From Burkholderiales bacterium (lineage in GTDB: Bacteria > Pseudomonadota > Gammaproteobacteria > Burkholderiales > JACQAP01), in contig JBJMWI010000143.1 in NCBI GenBank assembly GCA_045810225.1, positions 12,951-76,950 of the forward strand: a stretch of DNA of 64,000 bases, read 5' to 3'. The translations under genes and the position numbers were made by a program. This document shows positions 62,056 to 64,000 of the stretch, in pieces (the stretch's first letter is position 1; each line of letters starts with the position of its first letter). Below the pieces are notes generated by a model. The model saw only the letters and a program-made list of their open reading frames with translations, was not told where the DNA came from and did no database searches.

Positions 62056-62580
62056 TTATCCCGGTTGAACTGCAAGATCCAGCCGATAGCGCTGGAAATT
62101 AGTCACGTAGTGCAGCGCATTCTCCAGGAGCCTCTCTATTTCCTGGTCGGTGAGTTGCCGCACGACTTTCCCGGGCGACCCGACCACCAATGAGCGATCC
62201 GGGATCTCCTTGCCTTCGGTGATCAGCGTGTGTGCGCCGATGAGGCAATGCTTGCCGATCTTGACATGGTTCAGAATCGTCGATTTGATGCCGATAAGGC
62301 TGCCTTCTCCTACGGTGCAGCCGTGTAGCATGACTTGATGGCCGACGGTTACATTCCTGCCAAGCGTGAGACGAATGCCCGCGTCGGTGTGCAGAACGCA
62401 GCTGTCCTGAATGTTCGAGCCGTCTCCGATGGTGATGAGGTCATTGTCTCCCCGCACCACGCTGTTGAACCAGACGCTCGCATTGTGCTCCAACACCACT
62501 GATCCGATGACCGTAGCGTTATCCGCAACCCAATAATCACCGCGAGTAATGACTTTTCTGTCGCCGAGGGAATAAATCAT
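62056..62580 (-). CDS. Gamma carbonic anhydrase family protein (YrdA/PaaY-like)
   Basis: Hexapeptide repeats, VRGDND, SNIQD..VLH, TVGH..MLHGC, GSPGKV.R. Confidence 0.92.
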   Translation of the reverse strand: MIYSLGDRKVITRGDYWVADNATVIGSVVLEHNASVWFNSVVRGDNDLITIGDGSNIQDSCVLHTDAGIRLTLGRNVTVGHQVMLHGCTVGEGSLIGIKSTILNHVKIGKHCLIGAHTLITEGKEIPDRSLVVGSPGKVVRQLTDQEIERLLENALHYVTNFQRYRLDLAVQPG

Positions 62581-62694
62581 GCAGTTAGGGTGGCGGGACT
62601 AGATGGATCATTATAAAGGACGCTTAACGCCAGCACCCCGCTGGAAGATAATACCGCCGAGATAAATACTGTCCATTGTTCAGGAGAACCGATT

Positions 62695-63789
62695 ATGTCC
62701 GCCGTTACAGCCGTCAAAACCAGTGGAGAAACCGATATCCTCAAGCTGCTTGGTCCCGATGCCGATAAGCTGCTGAGTCACGTTTGCAAGGGAATTCCGA
62801 AGGAATCACTGCACTTGCCGGGGCCCGATTTTGTCGAGCGTGTGTTTGCGCCGTCGGACCGCACGCCGCCGGTGATTCGCAGCTTGCAGCAGATGTTCGA
62901 CCACGGCCGGCTCAGCGGAACCGGTTACCTCTCGATCCTGCCAGTCGACCAGGGCATCGAGCATTCGGCCGGTGCATCGTTTGCCAAGAATCCGGCTTAT
63001 TTCGATCCCGAAAACATCGTTCGGCTCGCCATCGAGGGTGGCTGCAACGCAGTCGCCTCAACCTTGGGCGTGCTCGGCTCGTGCTCGCGGAAATACGCGC
63101 ACCGGATTCCTTTTTTGCTGAAGGTCAACCACAACGAATTTTTGACCTACCCCAATAAATACGACCAGATCTTGTTCGGCAGCATCAAGCAGGCGCGCGA
63201 CATGGGTGCGGTCGCCGTTGGCGCGACAATTTACTTCGGCTCTCCGGAATCCGCTCGGCAGATCGTGGAAGTTGCCAAGGCATTTGAAATGGCGCACGAG
63301 CGCGGGATGGCCACGGTGCTATGGTGCTACCTGCGTAATCCCGCATTCAAAACCGATAAGGACTATCACGTCTCGGCGGATTTGACCGGTCAGGCAAACC
63401 ATCTCGGCGTCACCATCCAGGCCGATATCATCAAACAGAAATTGCCCGAGAATAATGGCGGCTACAACGCCATCAGCAGCAAAGAAAATCCGTACGGTAA
63501 AGTCGACAAGCGCATGTACAGTGAGCTCGCAACCGATCATCCGATCGATCTGACACGCTACCAGGTGGCAAATTGCTACATGGGCCGTGCGGGACTGATC
63601 AATTCCGGCGGCGCATCCGGCGAAAATGATATGGCTGAAGCCGTGCGGACTGCCGTAATCAACAAGCGCGCTGGCGGCATGGGGCTTATCTCGGGGCGCA
63701 AGGCGTTCCAGCGCCCGCTGAAGGAAGGCATCGCCATTTTGAATGCAATCCAGGATGTCTATCTCTCGCGGCAAGTGACGATCGCCTGA
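62695..63789 (+). CDS. fbaB: Class I fructose-bisphosphate aldolase (DhnA/FbaB type)
   Basis: [30 protein letters not shown], Schiff-base Lys in [17 protein letters not shown]. Confidence 0.93.
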   Translation: MSAVTAVKTSGETDILKLLGPDADKLLSHVCKGIPKESLHLPGPDFVERVFAPSDRTPPVIRSLQQMFDHGRLSGTGYLSILPVDQGIEHSAGASFAKNPAYFDPENIVRLAIEGGCNAVASTLGVLGSCSRKYAHRIPFLLKVNHNEFLTYPNKYDQILFGSIKQARDMGAVAVGATIYFGSPESARQIVEVAKAFEMAHERGMATVLWCYLRNPAFKTDKDYHVSADLTGQANHLGVTIQADIIKQKLPENNGGYNAISSKENPYGKVDKRMYSELATDHPIDLTRYQVANCYMGRAGLINSGGASGENDMAEAVRTAVINKRAGGMGLISGRKAFQRPLKEGIAILNAIQDVYLSRQVTIA

Positions 63790-63808
63790 AAAAGCATAAT
63801 CGTCGCTA

Positions 63809-63836
63809 GAAAAGGCGGCCTTGCGGCCGCTTTTTC
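63809..63836 (+). terminator. Rho-independent terminator after fbaB
   Basis: GAAAAG-GCGGCC-TTGC-GGCCGC-TTTTTC. Confidence 0.85.
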
Positions 63837-64000
63837 GTTAGCGCTGCAGTGCAAAAGAGGGACGTCCTCTCGCGCCGGTAAACGCCGAACGCCCACATGC
63901 TTTTCGCATCGTGAAACATGCTCGGGCGAATTAAAAAAAACGAAAAAACACACGCGCGCGCCGCGACCGTCGCGATTGCATGATGCATTGCGGAAATTTA

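Overview
This is a gene-dense (~58-60% GC, estimated by eye) core-chromosome segment of a betaproteobacterium. The Cys-containing S4 and the gene set resemble Rhodocyclales/Nitrosomonadales-type lineages; this is inference only. It begins with the end of the alpha operon (rpsK-rpsD-rpoA-rplQ), followed by uvrA/yajR-like MFS/ssb. Next come a fused indolepyruvate:ferredoxin oxidoreductase, the fmdB-DUF502-aspS-nudB-nadA cluster, an ATM1-like ABC transporter, pbpG, IclR + lutABC, hrpA and a second (split) IorAB. The rest comprises a MarR-cytochrome b561-yceI-yceI operon, an ECF sigma/anti-sigma module, gluQ, wrbA, proS, rppH, a secreted RNase/barstar pair, an HD-domain hydrolase, several oxidoreductases, an orphan ParA and a class I aldolase. 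I found no tRNA, rRNA, CRISPR array, integrase or transposase. The best candidate for an undescribed system is a two-gene unit at 58.4-60.7 kb: an MtnK/APH-like small-molecule kinase coupled to a paralogous enolase with altered leaving-group-pocket residues (QEF->QDF, SHRSG->SARSG). This suggests a phosphorylate-then-eliminate pathway for a substrate other than 2-phosphoglycerate. The second candidate is an SbrI/SbrR-like ECF module whose upstream uncharacterised exported protein has a matching promoter motif. All calls come from motif recognition by eye, with no database searches. Many start codons were re-assigned relative to the ORF track.
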